The translations under genes and the position numbers were made by a program. The notes below the pieces were generated by a model. That model did not search any database. It was not told the DNA's origin and saw nothing but the letters and a program-made list of their open reading frames with translations. Below are positions 62,620 through 64,000 of a stretch of 64,000 nt of DNA, piece by piece. This DNA is from Amoebidium appalachense. Lineage: Eukaryota; Protista; Ichthyosporea. Position 1 is the first letter of the stretch, and each line of letters begins with the position of its first letter. Location of the stretch: positions 8,421,937 to 8,485,936 of the forward strand of contig CAVNZM010000011.1 in assembly GCA_963693365.1 (NCBI GenBank). The letters are read 5' to 3'.

Positions 62620-63309
62620 AACGGCCGGAGATGGGTGTGTAGCGTTTTTGAGATGGGAAAAGCCATACAGACTTACGAAAATACAGAGAGGTGAGATGAA
62701 CACGAGGGACTAGAGGGAATGGGGGGGATGGTCCTGATGGGAGGGTGGTGGAGTTCTAACAGTACTTGGGGTTCAGGCAAATACCTGAGTGCCGTGTATA
62801 CTGAGTTCAGCGACCGCACGGCAAAGTACCAGAGCCTGGACACGCAGCTCAAGCCCGTAAACAACGTGCTCAAGGCCGACCACACCTTCCAAATTGGGAA
62901 GCTCACCGGCATCAATGGGGAGCCTCTGTACCGAGGCCTATGGACTTGTGTAAACGAGCTTGGCGGTGTGTGGTCCCTCCTCTTCTCCCCCCTCCCCCCA
63001 CTCTCCCCCAGGCCCCCTTCCCCCCTCCCCCCCCCCACACACGCCCACCCCCCCCCCCCCCCCACACACACACACACACACGCCCCCCTCCCCCCCCCCC
63101 CCCCCCCTCCCCCTCTAGGGCCTTTAAATCTCTTAGGCTCCACATTTAATGAGGTGGCACACTGTGAGTAGAGGTTTGTAGTATGTGGGTTTTGGGGACA
63201 ATTCTTGCCCTGTCGAGCAAAAACTAGGAAGCTCCAGATATGTGTGTATGTGTTTTTGCTGGGTAGAGATTGGGGTGGGCTGGGGTGGAGCTTTCTTTTG
63301 GCGGGGAAT

Positions 63310-63341
<32 letters not shown>

Positions 63342-64000
63342 GGGGGGGGGGGGGGGGGGGGGGGGGGGCAAGCTTCTGCCAAGCAGAATGGGAGTAGGGG
63401 CCAGTGATTGCAAGGGATGCAGGGGGGGGGGGGGGGGGGGGGGGGAGAGACACCACCGTCGGGGTTGAAGGTAGAGAGGGCAAGAGGCCCGGGGTGGGGT
63501 GGGGGGGGGGGGGGGGGGGGACAGTAGGTGCCATATGGAGGGCTGTCCCATGGTTTGGGGGGAGGGGGAGTGGGGAAGGATCGTGGGCACATGGGTTTGG
63601 GGGGAAGGCAGAGAGGGGGAAAGGATTGTGATCACAAGGGTTTAGGGGGAGGAAGGGGGAAGGATTGTAGGTACATGGGTTTAGGGGGGAGGGGGGGGGA
63701 AGATTTTGGGGGAAAGGGAGGCCTGGGGAAAGTATGTGGGCACATGGGTTTGGGGGGAAGGAGGGGGAAGGGTTTTGGGGGAGAGGGAGGGGAAAGTATG
63801 TGGGCACATGGGTTTGGGGGGAGGGAGGGGGAAAGGATTGTGTGGGCACTGAAGTCTCGTGAAGGGCCATGTGGTAAGGGAAGCTAGAACATGCATGGCT
63901 GCTCGGAGATGCCCTCTCACACAGTGCGGCACCCCAGAGATCCGGGCGCAGGTATTTACACGGGACTGCAGCCACCAGGAGATTGAGCCCGTGATCCAGC
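60637..64000 (+). CDS. DUF6729-like, probably DDE transposase-derived protein with introns; continues beyond the right edge
   Basis: Exons: 60637-61786 (GC donor), 62777-62965 and 63938 to beyond 64000. Motifs: AT-hook-like GGAREGAGRK, FYKPRCFAWLP..CP, RRVIDFDSCYYIITARYFCDTC, FPAYLSHRSGLD and VLKADHTFQIGK..NGEPLYRGLWTCVNELGEIRAQVF. These match the DUF6729-associated transposon proteins I recall from fungi and fish. The superfamily is not certain. Confidence 0.75.
63545..63850. repeat. G-rich degenerate minisatellite in transposase intron 2
   Basis: Recurrent tgtgggcacatgggtttgggggg..gaaaggat units. Confidence 0.8.

Overview
Eukaryotic genomic DNA, rich in introns, (CA/TG)n microsatellites and long G/C homopolymers. 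The gene content points to an opisthokont, probably a unicellular holozoan (inference). Nearly all ORFs in the six-frame track are repeat artefacts, so I rebuilt genes by hand from splice sites and reading phase. Left to right: (1) the 5' part of a Sla2/HIP1 ANTH-domain gene (minus strand, 13 coding exons, runs off the left edge); (2) three paralogous coiled-coil/BTB/beta-propeller-like genes, two clearly broken and one with a single +1 frameshift; (3) a nested mobile-element block with a TTAA piggyBac-type MITE inside an unknown ORF-bearing element, flanked by direct repeats of which one holds a tRNA-like unit; (4) a complete 29-exon, 1030-aa short-tailed myosin I (MYO1C/H-like); (5) a secreted PAN/apple-EGF mosaic gene built from phase 1-1 exons; (6) a hAT MITE with an 8-bp TSD and a Helitron-like 3' end; (7) an intron-containing DUF6729-like transposase gene running off the right edge. 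The most unusual signals concern splicing. Many exon ends have degenerate 'echo' copies in the adjacent intron that differ mainly by synonymous or conservative changes. Splice sites are often the terminal units of complementary (GU)n and (CA)n tracts. An orientation-biased intronic repeat family carries a branch-point-like motif.
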